A stretch of 63,955 nucleotides of DNA, counting the filler, from Vannella sp. (lineage: Eukaryota), in NCBI GenBank assembly GCA_023345925.1. It is 7 parts of 7 records of this genome, joined end to end, with 100 filler letters (N's around TTAATTAATTAA, not from the genome) between each part and the next. Parts side by side here need not be neighbours in the genome. Positions count along the whole stretch, not along the records: positions 32,337 to 47,810 come from JAJQQN010000524.1; 6 more parts are not named here. One strand, written 5' to 3'. Positions 36,278 to 47,910 of this stretch are shown here, one piece after another. The translations under genes were made by a program, and so were the position numbers. How positions within the stretch are numbered: position 1 is the stretch's first letter; each line of letters opens with the position of its first letter. The notes beneath the pieces were generated by a model, which searched no databases, was not told where the DNA came from, and saw only the letters and a program-made list of their open reading frames with translations.

Positions 36278-37199
36278 ATGTTGGCGCGCGGGAGGGAGAC
36301 TTGGGCGACATGGAGTAGGATCGTGAGGAGAGGCGCGTATCAATCAAGGATACCTTGGTATGACGTACCAGAAGGGCTTGTGTGTACTATCCCAGAGTTC
36401 CCTGCGACGGGGACGCCGCAGGAGTTCTACCAAAAACACGTTCTGCCTTCTGTCCCTGCGATTGTGCGAGGGCTTCAGGACATCAAGGAGTGGCCTGCTT
36501 CCCAGTGGAAGACCTTCCAACAGATAGGAGAGAGCATAGGCCCAGACATCAAGGTCCTCGTCGAGCACGGAGTCTACATTGAAGAAGACTTCTCCTCCAC
36601 CAACATCGACATCCACGAGTACCTGAAGCTTCTAGATGAGTCACCCTCTCTCTCAGCAGGATACATCGCCCAATGTCCCATCTTCCATCAAGTCCCAGAA
36701 CTCGAGAAACTCATTCGGCCCCCTTCGGTGAGATAGAACCGTCACTCCCGCCCACACCTTCCCCAGGAAGCTGATAGACGGGTCTAGCTGTTAATAGGAG
36801 GACTGGCACAAGTGGCTCAGATCAATGGATGGATTGGGCCAGCAGGAACGATCACACCGCTCCACCACGACCCGATGGAGAACTTTTTCGTGCAGTTGAA
36901 AGGAGAAAAGTTCGTCCGCCTTTATAACAAAGACATTGATGTGGACGGCATCAGCATCGCTCAACGCAATACGATCCCATTTCCCATCAAATACCTGAGT
37001 GGAGACCATCAGGAAGGCATTCTACGGGAAGGTGATCTCCTTTTCATTCCCCAGCACTTTTGGCACTACGTAAGCAAACTTCCCATTCTCAAGGCCGATC
37101 TCCTTCATTGATTCACAGATGAGACAGGTTCAAGCTTTGTCACCCTCCATTTCGGTTAACTTCTTCTGGTCGCTAAGAAAGGAGAACTATTCCTGCTAA
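36278..37199 (+). CDS. JmjC-only (cupin_8, JMJD5/KDM8-like) hydroxylase (3 exons)
   Basis: [50 protein letters not shown]. Confidence 0.88.
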
Positions 37200-37227
37200 A
37201 TCACTCGCAACTGGCGAAAAATGAAAG

Positions 37228-37298
37228 CTCCCATACCGGGAGTCGAACCCGGGGCTCATGAGTGAAAGTCATGGATGTTACCGCTACACCATATGGGA
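37228..37298 (-). tRNA. tRNA-Glu (TTC)
   Basis: TCCCATA acceptor stem, CATGA-CT TTC AC-TCATG anticodon arm, GGTTCGACTCC T-arm, downstream T-run. Confidence 0.95.
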
Positions 37299-37430
37299 AA
37301 TGCCATATTTGGATATCAAATTTTCCGGTTTACAAATCAAATAAGAAGAGCTTTGTTTGAGGGATTCGTTTGCTTCTTGTTTCTTTTTGGAAGACTTCGG
37401 AGTTCGTTTTGTTATGTGTTATTTTTTTTG

Positions 37431-38024
37431 ATGTCTCGCCAGCCCATCGATATCTCTACTCTGAGTCTCCCTCAGCTCGAACAAATCCGGGATGGTTTGA
37501 ACGACGACATTGAACAGATCCAAGCCGGGCTCAACTCATTGAAGCAGGCTACTCATGGCTACATCCTCTCCAAGGATGCCTGTGGCAGCATCACTCCCGA
37601 GAATGAGGGGAAAGACATTCTGGTTCCCATGACCAGCTCTATATCCTCACATACCACTCGCACTTCTTGAACCTTTTACATTCATCTCCTTAACTCGTTC
37701 TCACCTCTTCGTTCCAGGTAAGCTGGGAGCCTCCAAGACAGTTCTACTGGATATCGGAGCTGGTTTCTTCGTTGAACAAGTACGGCGTGGCGCTTTCTCT
37801 CTCCCTTTCCGTGCTTATATGCTTCATAGAGCCCAGAGAAGGCAAAGGAGTACTTTGATCGCCGTGCCAATGCAGTGAGAGAGCAAATGAACTCTCTTGA
37901 TGCCACTCTCCGTCAGAAGCGGAATGGGCAAGAGCAGATCATCATGGTTATGCAGCAGAAGATCGCTTCCATCTCCCAAGAGGACGCCCAACAAGGTATC
38001 TCTGGCCTCAAACTCAGCGACTAA
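37431..38024 (+). CDS. PFDN5: Prefoldin subunit 5 (alpha type); contains a U12 AT-AC intron at 37641-37704
   Basis: LSLPQLEQI..., ILVPMTSS|LFVPGKL..VLLDIGAGFFVEQ. Confidence 0.94.
37641..37704 (+). other. U12-type AT-AC intron (64 nt)
   Basis: 5' ATATCCTC, branch TCCTTAAC at 37687-37694, 3' AC. Phase 0 join rebuilds the conserved VPMTSSLFVPGKL. Confidence 0.93.
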
Positions 38025-38047
38025 AGGGTAACAGATCGCTCATTCGT

Positions 38048-41000
38048 TTACTGTGACTCTTGGCTTCGACTTGGCCCAGTTACTTCTGTTTTGGGAGGGT
38101 CAGATGCAAAGGTTTCGTTGTCCGCTCGCTCGGACTCTTTCAGAAGGAATTCCACCCAAAGATTCACGATGTTGCTCGATGCAGCGTTCTGTAGACACAA
38201 TGAGTGGTTGTGAATTGGCCTGGAGCAATTCTTACTTCTGATGTGGGGTTGGTTGCACCAAAGAAGGGAATCATCGACGACCAACGCCCCCGCGTTGGGG
38301 CCAATCCCGCCTTCACAGCATCTTCTTCTGTGAAATTTAAGATTCGGGACATCACTTGAAGAACCTCTTTCCTCTTATCCTTTGTCGGAGCGCTCAGGTA
38401 TGTGGTAAAGAGTTGCGTGACAATACGCCTACCCCTTTGGGTTAGAGGGACAACTGTTGATCTTTGCAAAAATCTTACTTGTCAACGAATTCTTGCTCTG
38501 AGGAGCCGAAGGAGCTTAATTGAGCTAAACTTTCGTTGAGGGCATGCCGAAGAGGTTCTACTTCTCTTCGAGCATGCTGAACATCTCGTTGAGCAGCATC
38601 GAGTTCTTCTTGTAGAGCTACGATGCGTTCATCTGCTCGGCGGTGGGAATCGCGAAGAGATTCCATTGCTTGGAGAGACTCTTCCGCTTTCAAAAGCTGC
38701 TCTTGCGCTTGTTCATATTTGCGCTGCAAAACACCTAACTGGGTGTGAAGACGGCCCTCTTGTTCCGCCTGTTTGTCTTCCAAAATAGATTGCAAATTGA
38801 GCAAGGCACTCGATTTCTCTTCGCATTCGTCTCGCTTAGCAGCAAGCTCCTCTTGAAGCGCTTGAATCTGATCTAATCCTTGGGATGATAACTCATTTCT
38901 CCTCTCTGAATCACCCAAAGACTCTCTCAAAGAGGTGATTCTGACCTCCAGTCAGAAATCGGGTGTTCAATCCTTACAGATTAGTCACTTACTCCGATCC
39001 TAGAGCATCCATTTGTTCCTGTAATTCCACAAGCTCATTGTCTTTTTCCAAAAGGTGCTGAGTAAGCTGATTAGCTTGATGATGGGACTTTTCTAAGGAC
39101 TCCTCCAGTTTCCTAGTTCGGATATCTTGTTCTTGATTGTTTGCTTGAAGGTCCTGCTGCTCAGCCAATTTGAGTTCCAGCTCAGCTTTTTCTTCAGTAA
39201 GTTTTGCTGAGACTTTCAAGGCTTCTTCAGCTGAAGCTTTTGACTCAAGAAGAGAAGCTTGGAGGCCTTCAACCTGAGACTGGAGCTGGGACAGTTGTTC
39301 TCCTTGCTTTCTCTGCTTTGTTTGAAATGCTTGCTGCTGCTCAATGCGCTCCTTTAGAAGAGCCTCTTGTTGCGTTATCTGCTCCTGAAGTTGCGTTTGT
39401 AAGGATTGCATGCGGGAATTTGCTTCGGCTGCAGCTGCCGCTGCTTTAGTCTCGACAGTGGACATCTGCATCTTATTCTTCACCTCAGATTGGGATAGAA
39501 TGTTGAGATTCTCCCGGACTGTGGAAAGCTGGAGTGAGAGCTCCTCATTCTGCCGTTGAGTTGTTTTGTGTTCCTTTTGAAGTGATTGGAACTCCTCCTG
39601 ACGACTGGCTAGCTCTTGTCGCACAAGAGAAATGGCCTGAAGATGCTCCATCTTGATTGCTTCAATTCCCGACTCCGTTTGAGCAATCCCAGACTTGATG
39701 AGCTCATTTTGCTCTTGCGCTTTTGATAGCTTCGACAGTGTTTCCTTCAACTCGTTCTCCAATTTTGTTCTCGAAGCTTGTTCCGCTTGAACTTGACTTG
39801 CAAGAGCTACCTGAGCTTGTTCTAACTTCTGCTTCAGTTGATTCGCCTCTTTTTGGCTCTCAGCAAGCGATGACTGCAGATTTTGCTTCTCTTCAGAGAC
39901 ATCTTGCTGGGGGGAAGGCGCTTCGCGATGTTCAGGGACTCCCTCTGTTGCCGCCAGAAACTTTCTTTGTAGCTCGGTGTTGGCATCCTCCAGTTTCTTC
40001 ACATGGGTAGACAAAGCTAGCACCTCTTGCTGCCATCGAGAAGAATCTACTGTTGTTTCAGAGGTGGTATTGGATGTCAATTTAGCTTGCAGCTGCTCTG
40101 TTTCTTTATGCAGGCGATCATTGCTGCTGGTCAATGAACCCACCTGGCTCTTGAGCTGCTGTGTTTGCTCCTGTAGCTCCCCAAGAAGTTCCTCCTGCTC
40201 CTTCTTGGCTTGGAGAAGAGTATCCTGTCTTGAGAGAAGATTTTTGTTCATCTCCTGAAGCTTGGCAATCATTTGAGTTTGCTTTACCACATCTTCCATT
40301 TCCGAGCGGGTCTGGGCTTGGAGTTCTTGATAAGCAGTCTCTAGCGCCTCATGGTCTCTGATCAACTCTCCATTCATTGCCTGAGTATCCCTGCCATTTT
40401 CTGTGGCCTCGTCAAGCTGTTGCTGTAATTTCTCCAATTGACCACGGGAGAGACTCACTTCATTCTGAAGTTGGCTCAGCAAAGCTGCTCGTTCAACGGC
40501 ACTTTCCTCCAAAGCTTGAATTTTCTGCAAGTCAGCGATGCTCTTTTGGGACTGGGTGGAGTGGCTGTCTGCTAATTGATTCATCTGCTCTTCCTTATTC
40601 TTCAGTGCAAGTGAAGTGCTATCCAAGCGCTTCTGTAGCTTTTTAAGGTCCTCTTTCAGTTGGTCCTGTGCCTCCAACTCCTGAAGGAGCTCCTCTTCAT
40701 GTTGAGTCTCCATTGCTTTTAGCACAACAGCACTGTCCTTTGTGGCCTTCTCTAATTGTGATTTGGCGCTGCTAGCCAGGCGATCATACTTTTCTCTGGT
40801 CTCTAAGAGGTCTCGTTCTAACTGCTCCGCCTTGGTCTCAAGTAGTTGAGATTGCAAAGCGGCCCGCTCCTCTATTTGCTTGATACGTTGCTCCCATCGA
40901 GTAGCCTCGCCTCTCTCTTCTTCAGAAAGCTCTGTGATGTTTGCTGGCTCCCTGGCAGAAGCAGAAACCATATCCTTGTGAGTGTTTTGGAAGTATTCAA

Positions 41001-41852
41001 GTTCCTGTTGGTGCATGGCCTGCACTGCTGCGATCTCCTTTTGGAAGCTTTCCTCTTTTTCGCTCAGCTTTCTCTTCAATTCCTTCACTTGAGTACGGAG
41101 AGCGTCTTCCCCAAGCTCGTTGATGAAGAAATCATCCGCCTGCCTTGCTTGGAGCTTTTCCTCGAGCCTGACCTTCTCTTCTTGTGTGTTACGCAGAAGT
41201 GCGCGTAATTTCTTCAGCTCGCTCTTGAGCTCTGCACTACCTGCGCCCTGCATGGAGGTTCCCAAAGTCTCCTGTGAGACTGCTCCTTCGAGGAGGCTGT
41301 ACTGCTCCTTCAGTTGCAAGTAGTCGTTCTGTGCCTGTATCTTCTCCCTCTGTCTTGTGTAAGAGACTCCCAAGTGGTTCTAGAACAAGTTCCTCACTGT
41401 TTCTGAATCTAGCTGAGCTCTAAACTCGCTGGCAATGGACTTTGCCTCCTCTCTCGCACCATTAAGCTGTCTTTGAAGTGTTTCTATCTCCTTGGAAGTG
41501 TTCTCTTTCACCTGTACCGTCTTCAGCACTGCTCCAGGTTGATGAATCAACAGAAAGGTCTCACCTTTGAAGGAGGTTCGTAGCTATCCTCCACCTCAAG
41601 TTCTCTCAAGCGCTTCTCCAAAGTCATCGATTCAGAGTCTTCATAGGTCTCATCCAAGTCCAGATCATCTCCCAAATCGACTTGCCCGCCACCAAAAGCC
41701 GAGAGGAACCCAAACCCACGAGAGTCCTCCTCTTCCTCCTCCTCCTCTTCATCCGACATCTTGTCCTTACTCACTGGCGTGTTGATCCCTGAGTCTGTTA
41801 AGACGTCCTGCGCAAACTTGCTGACCCGATCGAACGACAAGTTCGCCCACAT
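38048..41852 (-). CDS. GRAB-domain golgin (TRIP11/GMAP-210/Rud3-like), multi-exon coiled coil
   Basis: N-terminal MWANLSFDRVSKFAQDVL, long coiled coil, GRAB VDK|RIVTQLFTTYL..EVLQVMSRILNF, GA1-like NLWVEFLLKES. Confidence 0.82.
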
Positions 41853-41860
41853 CCCCAAGG

Positions 41861-41923
41861 AAAGGTGAAATGAGCCACCCAGAGGAAGGGTGAAATGCGA
41901 AAACAAAGGGTGAAATGCGAAAG
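41861..41923. promoter_or_regulatory. Three direct copies of GGTGAAATG in a 96-bp divergent intergenic region
   Basis: aaaGGTGAAATGag, aagGGTGAAATGcgaaa, aagGGTGAAATGcgaaa. Confidence 0.5.
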
Positions 41924-41948
41924 GGAGGACAAATGCTCCATTATTGGG

Positions 41949-43440
41949 ATGGACGGACCAAGAGCGGGCCCACGACAGCCTCGACGGCGTAACGGGAACC
42001 CTAGAGCAGCGTATCTTTGCCCAGTGTGTCGGGAGAACGCGGGGGAGTTGGAGGAGCATCTTTTGGAGTGTTTCTCGACCTTCTTGGATGACGCTAAGGA
42101 ACAAACCTTGACGCCTCCTTTGCCAACCTTGACGGGAGTGTTCCATCCTGTCTTCCCAATGTTTCTCCCTCCTCCACCCATTCCTGGTATTGCTCCCTTA
42201 CAAGAAGAGGAGGAGGAGGTCGATAGACAGCTCTCCTTGGACCTCAAGACTGTTCGGGTAAGCTACCCGCCTCTCATTACCGTCACACTCATTGGTGGTG
42301 TAGCCCTCAGCTCCACTGGAAGTCTCTACTCGTGACCATGTGGGTCCTGGACTATGTCCTCTGTGTGATACAGAAGCAGAGAATCTTGGCGAACATCTCT
42401 CGAAGTGTCTCGTCCCTGTGGAGCTCCCTTCTCCCCTGCAAGAGCCCCTCTCTGTTCTCAAGCACGTTCGAAAGTCCTTCATCTGTAGCCCTTGTGTATC
42501 TGTACCTCCTGTACCGAAAGGATGGCAAATTACTCGCGGTCCCCCTCGCCTGAACATGCGGACGGTCGCTGGATCCTCGAATAACCGGTCTACAATCTCT
42601 TTGGGATCAGGAAGAAGCCCACGCTCCTCCAGAAGGGCTTCTCTCGTGGAGGATCCTCCCAAGCAACCAGTTAGCGCACGCGGTATGCCCTCCCCCAGGA
42701 CAGTCGCTCCCGACCCAGTTGGCATCACTCCTCGGTCGAAAGGTGGAAAGCGTAGCTCAGAGAGTAGGTCTCGTGGAGGAACAGGGGGATCCATTCCGAC
42801 TAGCGACTACTCGACGACCTTGGGCGGCTCTTTCTCGGAGAAGAGGCGTCTCCCCAAGAAGAAGGACAAGGAGAGAACCACTCCTTTCAATCTACCTCTC
42901 GCGGAGCTACCCGGCGTTCCCAAGCCAGAGAACCAAGACAGCAAAGTTCTGAAGATCTCTATCAGTACCAACGCTCCTGGGGCTGCTCAGGTGATAGAGA
43001 AGTTCCCAGAAGTCGATCCATACACGCCTGGATTTGCCCAGATCCCTGAGAACTGCGTAGTAGTCATCATCTGCCTGGAGAACCTCGCTCTTTGTCAGAT
43101 CTCGCACGATGGTGTCGTCACTGCCGACATCAAGTCTGCCATGTGCAAAGAAGCTCACTTTACTGTACGACACCGCGATCCAGGCTCCGCTGAGATCCGC
43201 CTCCGGCATGAGATGACGGAGAAGTATCTTTTGGGGCGTGATCCTTTCTCAGAGATGAACAACTATCTTATTCGCACACGCAAGAAGCAATACCATTGTT
43301 TGTATTACTCCAAGAGCACCAAGGAGGTCACCATGGGTGTAGGACAAGAAAAGTCCATGTTCCGAGTGTACCGGCTGCGCGACGAGTATCAAAGGGCTCC
43401 TCGTCCGGTCCTGACTACTTCCGCATCGTTCACCAACTGA
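41949..43440 (+). CDS. Hypothetical protein with two C2HC zinc-finger-like motifs and a possible C-terminal beta-rich domain
   Basis: LCPVC..LEEHLLEC and LCPLC..LGEHLSKC; probable intron at ~42258-42303. Confidence 0.6.
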
Positions 43441-43737
43441 AAAGGGACCGATCCTTCAACCAAATAAACTCAACTGGAGTGGAGGATGGGCAGTTAATGG
43501 ACTGGGCGATCCAATTGAGATTTGCCAAGCTTGCATATGTTCCATTTAGTTCCTTTAAGGAAAGTTAAAGTTACTTTTTGTTAGGGCCCTGTAACAAAAG
43601 TCGATACCAACTAAAGTGGCTGACCAATCACCCGGTAGTGAGATCAATTTATGACGCATTTATGAAGGATACAGCATGGTGATCGATCACCAACAAGTTC
43701 AGTCGGAAGTTTGTTATTCTTTCACAACCTCTCGACT

Positions 43738-44391
43738 ATGCCTTGTGTTGGAATTGATCTGGGAACTACATACTCTTGCGTTGGTGTCTGGCAAAACGAT
43801 CGAGTGGAGATCATCGCTAACGATCAAGGAAACCGCACAACCCCTTCCTATGTGGGCTTCACCGATGCCGAACGTCTGATCGGAGACGCTGCTAAGAACC
43901 AAGTCGCTATGAACCCCACCAACACCGTTTTCGACGCCAAGCGCCTGATCGGTCGCAGTTTCTCCGACACCACTGTCCAAGCCGACATGAAGCACTGGCC
44001 CTTCAAGGTCGTTGCCCAACACGGTGATAAGCCTTACATTCAAGTCTCTTTCATGGGAGAGACCAAGACCTTCGCCCCTGAGGAGATCTCCGCTATGGTT
44101 CTCCAAAAGATGAAGGACATCGCTGAGGCCTACCTCGCTACCCCCGTTGAGTCTGCCGTCGTAACTGTCCCTGCTTACTTCAACGACAGCCAACGTCAAG
44201 CCACCAAGGACGCTGGAACCATCGCTGGTCTGACCGTTAAGCGTATCATCAACGAGCCCACCGCCGCTGCCATCGCCTACGGCCTCGACAAGAAGGATGA
44301 GAACGAGAAGAACGTCCTCATCTTCGATCTCGGAGGTGGAACCTTCGATGTCTCCCTCCTCGCCATTGAGGACGGCATTTTCACTGTCCAA

Positions 44392-44426
<35 letters not shown>

Positions 44427-45600
44427 TTTCGACTCTCGCATGGTCAACCACTTCGTCCAGGAATTCAAGAAGAAGAACAGCGGCGCTGATCTCAGCACCA
44501 ACGCCCGTGCCCTTCGCCGTCTTCGCACCTCGTGCGAGCGCGCAAAGCGAACTCTGTCCTCCTCCACCTCCGCTGCTATCGAGATCGACGCTCTCTTCGA
44601 TGGTATTGACTTGTACACCTCCATCACCCGCGCTCTCTTCGAGAACCTTTGCGGTGATCTCTTCAAGGGCGTCCTTGCCCCCGTCGAGAAGGTCCTCCGT
44701 GACTCCAAGATCGACAAGAAGAACGTCCACGAGGTCGTTCTCGTTGGAGGATCCACCCGTATCCCCAAGGTCCAGCAACTGCTGAAGGACTTCTTCGGTG
44801 GAAAGGAACCCGCCAAGTCCATCAACCCCGATGAGGCTGTCGCCTACGGAGCTGCCGTCCAGGCCGCCATTCTCGACGGAAAGACCGACGAGAAGCTCGC
44901 TGATGTCCTCTTGGTCGATGTCGCCCCTCTGACTCTCGGCATTGAGACTCTCGGTGGAGTGATGACTCCTCTTATCCCCCGTAACACTTGCATTCCCACC
45001 AAGATGTCCCAAATCTTCTCCACCACCGAGGACAACCAAACCACCGTCTCCATCTGCGTTTACGAAGGAGAGCGTGGTAAGGTCAAGGACAACAACTCTC
45101 TGGGTCAGTTCGACCTCACCGGCATTCCCCCCGCTCCTCGCGACACCGCCAAGATCGAAGTCACCTTCGACATTGACGCCAACGGTATCCTCATGGTCTC
45201 CGCTGAAGATAAGGCCACTGGTCGCCGCAACAACATCACCATCAGCAACGATCAAGGTCGCCTGAGCAAGGACGAGGTCGAGCGCATGCTTGCCGAGGCT
45301 GAGAAGTTCAAGGGTGAGGATGATGCCCACCGAATCCGAGTGGAGGCCAAGAACGGACTTGAAGCTTACGTCTTCAACCTCCGCAACACCTTCGGTGAGG
45401 GCGATCTCGTTGATCGTTTCGACACCGCCGACCGCTTGAAGATCAACAACACAATCGACGAGGCCATCAACTGGATGGACTCTTCTTTCGACGTCCAAGA
45501 GAAGTCCGCTTATGAGGCCAAGCAAAAGGAGATCGAAGGTGTCATCAACCCCATCATGGCCAAGATGTACCGCAACGCCTCCAAGCAGGGAAGACGTTAA
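43738..45600 (+). CDS. HSP70: Cytosolic-type Hsp70, intronless, lacking the C-terminal EEVD
   Basis: [43 protein letters not shown]; strong C-ending codon bias. Confidence 0.97.
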
Positions 45601-45674
45601 TCCGCCCATTCAATACATATGCTTCTTTCTTTCCCTTCGCAAGCAAGATCAACTTGGTGCCAGTGACAGAGTGT

Positions 45675-47064
45675 TTATGCGTCCATGTAAGACTGCACGT
45701 TCAAGGCGAACGAAAGGATGTGGAAGTTGAAACCAGAATTGCCTGTCCAGTCGTACGAGGAGGGGAACAGCTGCAATCGGTTAGTCACCAGCAAAAGGTT
45801 GCCTCGCTTGGCATCAAACGCAAAGGTGTCTGCCCACTGCATGAGTACATTGTTGTGAGCAAGCTGGACTTGATTGGCAGCAGTCAAAGGCAGGGACGAG
45901 TTCCAAGTGAAGACCGAGTTGGACAGTAAATCCCCAAAATACAGAATTCCCTGCGAGTCCATCGCCAGTCCATCGCTTTGCCCGACTTTCTGGCCAAGCA
46001 ATACAACGGAGTCTTCCAACTACATCCCCTCTTGTTATCACTCCGCGAAAAAGACTCTGTCACACAAACCTGTCCTGAAGGGACGGAGAAGTTTCGGAAC
46101 AACGCCGTGGGCATGGAATAAAGGTTGATTCCTGAAAGTGAACAATAGTACAAGGTAGATGCATCAGGGGACAGTGCAATACCATCGGAAGGGGTGACAA
46201 TCGTATAATTCCCAGAACCTATTGAATGTGAGATTCCAAGGATTCTGGCCATGAAGAGCGTTAGTAAGGTACCTTGAATATCAAAGTCCTCTTGGTTGGG
46301 TTCGACCTGAGTGCTAGGACCGGTCCAATAACGCGCGTTGTCACTTTCAAAATCGTAAGCCCACAAACCGCCATCTCCAATGCTGTTGGTGATGAATGCA
46401 AAGTTCCTTTCCACGTCCACAACAATGTCGTTGAGGAATGCGTTCCCTGGCTCGACAAGGCCCAACGGGAACTTGAACAATCGCAACAACTTGGGGGGCG
46501 AGACGGTGATGTCGTACACAAACAGCCGCGGGCTGTTCCAAACCTCCTCTTCCGGGAAGAAGAGATTGAGCATACCAGTGTCGATGATCCACATCCACCC
46601 TCTGGGGTCAATCTCCATGCCTACGAGGAGAGGGAGAGTGAGGATGTCGCTGTTCTCGGGGAGAAGGGGAGAGAGCGGAGGTTACTTTGTACATTCTTGA
46701 GGCCCTTTGTTGTGTTGACGAGTTGGTCTTCCCATGAAGGGAACGGGAGCAAGAGGGGGCTGCCATTCGAGTCCACAGTGATTTGGTTCAAGGTTGCAGG
46801 GACTCCAGGAGCCCAACGAGGGATGGTCACATAAGTGGTGTCTTCCCATTGCTTAATACCAGCCAGCACACAGTTCTCCGGTACAAACAAGCCCTGAGCG
46901 ATCCACTCATTGCGATCCTGACCCATAGAAGCCCAATCATACTCCATTTGGACCCAGCGGTGCACACTCTTCGGATGAGTAGCCAACGATTGCGCCAGCA
47001 CTGTCCACTCAGCCACCAAAAGAACCAAAACGCAGCAGACCACTCCCTTCCTCCCGAGATCCAT
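45675..47064 (-). CDS. Secreted major royal jelly protein/yellow family beta-propeller (multi-exon)
   Basis: Signal peptide, YVTIPRWAPGVPATLN, PFPSW, EIDPRGWMWIIDTG, NDIVVD, DGIALSPD..LYYCSLS, SDGLAMDSQG, WADTF. Confidence 0.88.
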
Positions 47065-47161
47065 TGAAATGCCCTCTGTACAGTGACTACAGTCCTTTTG
47101 CTTCCACTCCTGATGTCCATTCACGAAGCTCTTCCTCTTAAAGACTCATTCATTCATTGGG

Positions 47162-47400
47162 ATGCCTTTGGGGCGCAACAAGCTCCTCTCCCTCGAAGAG
47201 GGCCTTTGGGCTTTTGGATACAACAACGCAGGTTAACTCATCGGTCTTGGCCGATAGCAAGCAACTTACACCAACCAGGGTCACCTGGAAGGTCCCGCAG
47301 CCGGTTCAGGTGGACTGGGGACTCTTCCACTCCCTCGTTGTTGATGGGGAGGGCGGTGCGTGGGAGGCTTGCTTCCTCTACCGTCTTTGGAACTACCTTG
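47162..47400 (+). pseudogene. Degenerate RCC1-repeat gene fragment, paralog of 60381-60680
   Basis: Aligns by eye with the 60381 copy (shared ccgcagccggttcaggtggactgg). TAA replaces CAA in GQLG, and there is a frameshift. Confidence 0.72.
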
Positions 47401-47492
47401 TACTGCTTTGGTGTTCGCTGGCTTCTCTCATAGCTACCTAGCTTGCCACATAAGTCCACGCTGTAAGATCTTCTCGCTTTCCCCTTCATTGA

Positions 47493-47810
47493 TCATTCTT
47501 CTTCCACTTTTGCGTTCTCTCGTGTTCTATGAGACCACTTAATAGAGTATGTGAGCGAGCATGTCGTCGCTCTTGGGAGGATAGACGAGCGAGGAAGGGG
47601 CGCGATTGAGGTAGTGAAGGCTTCAGTGAAGATCGGGCTCATCTGAAAGAACTCTTTCAGTCTGTCATACTCTGTCTTCACAGAAACGTCAAACAGTTCT
47701 TGGGGATGGAAGAAACGGCCTGGATTCGAGTAGGGGACACAGAACGTCCTGTTCTCGAACGGAGGCGCGGATTGGCAACCAGGATGACCTTTGCACTCCT
47801 CCATAGACAC
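47493..47810 (-). CDS. 3' fragment of an unknown gene cut by the contig end
   Basis: Frame open from the linker edge; no motif recognised. Confidence 0.35.
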   Translation of the reverse strand: MSMEECKGHPGCQSAPPFENRTFCVPYSNPGRFFHPQELFDVSVKTEYDRLKEFFQMSPIFTEAFTTSIAPLPRSSILPRATTCSLTYSIKWSHRTRENAKVEEE

Positions 47811-47910
47811 NNNNNNNNNNNNNNNNNNNNNNNNNNNNNNNNNNNNNNNNNNNNTTAATTAATTAANNNNNNNNNNNNNNNNNNNNNNNNNNNNNNNNNN
47901 NNNNNNNNNN
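47811..47910. other. Artificial contig linker
   Basis: N-run + TTAATTAATTAA + N-run. Confidence 0.98.

Noticed and set aside
43714..45609. 631-aa antisense ORF opposite Hsp70
   Set aside because: Well-known by-product of biased Hsp70 codon usage; no independent motifs.
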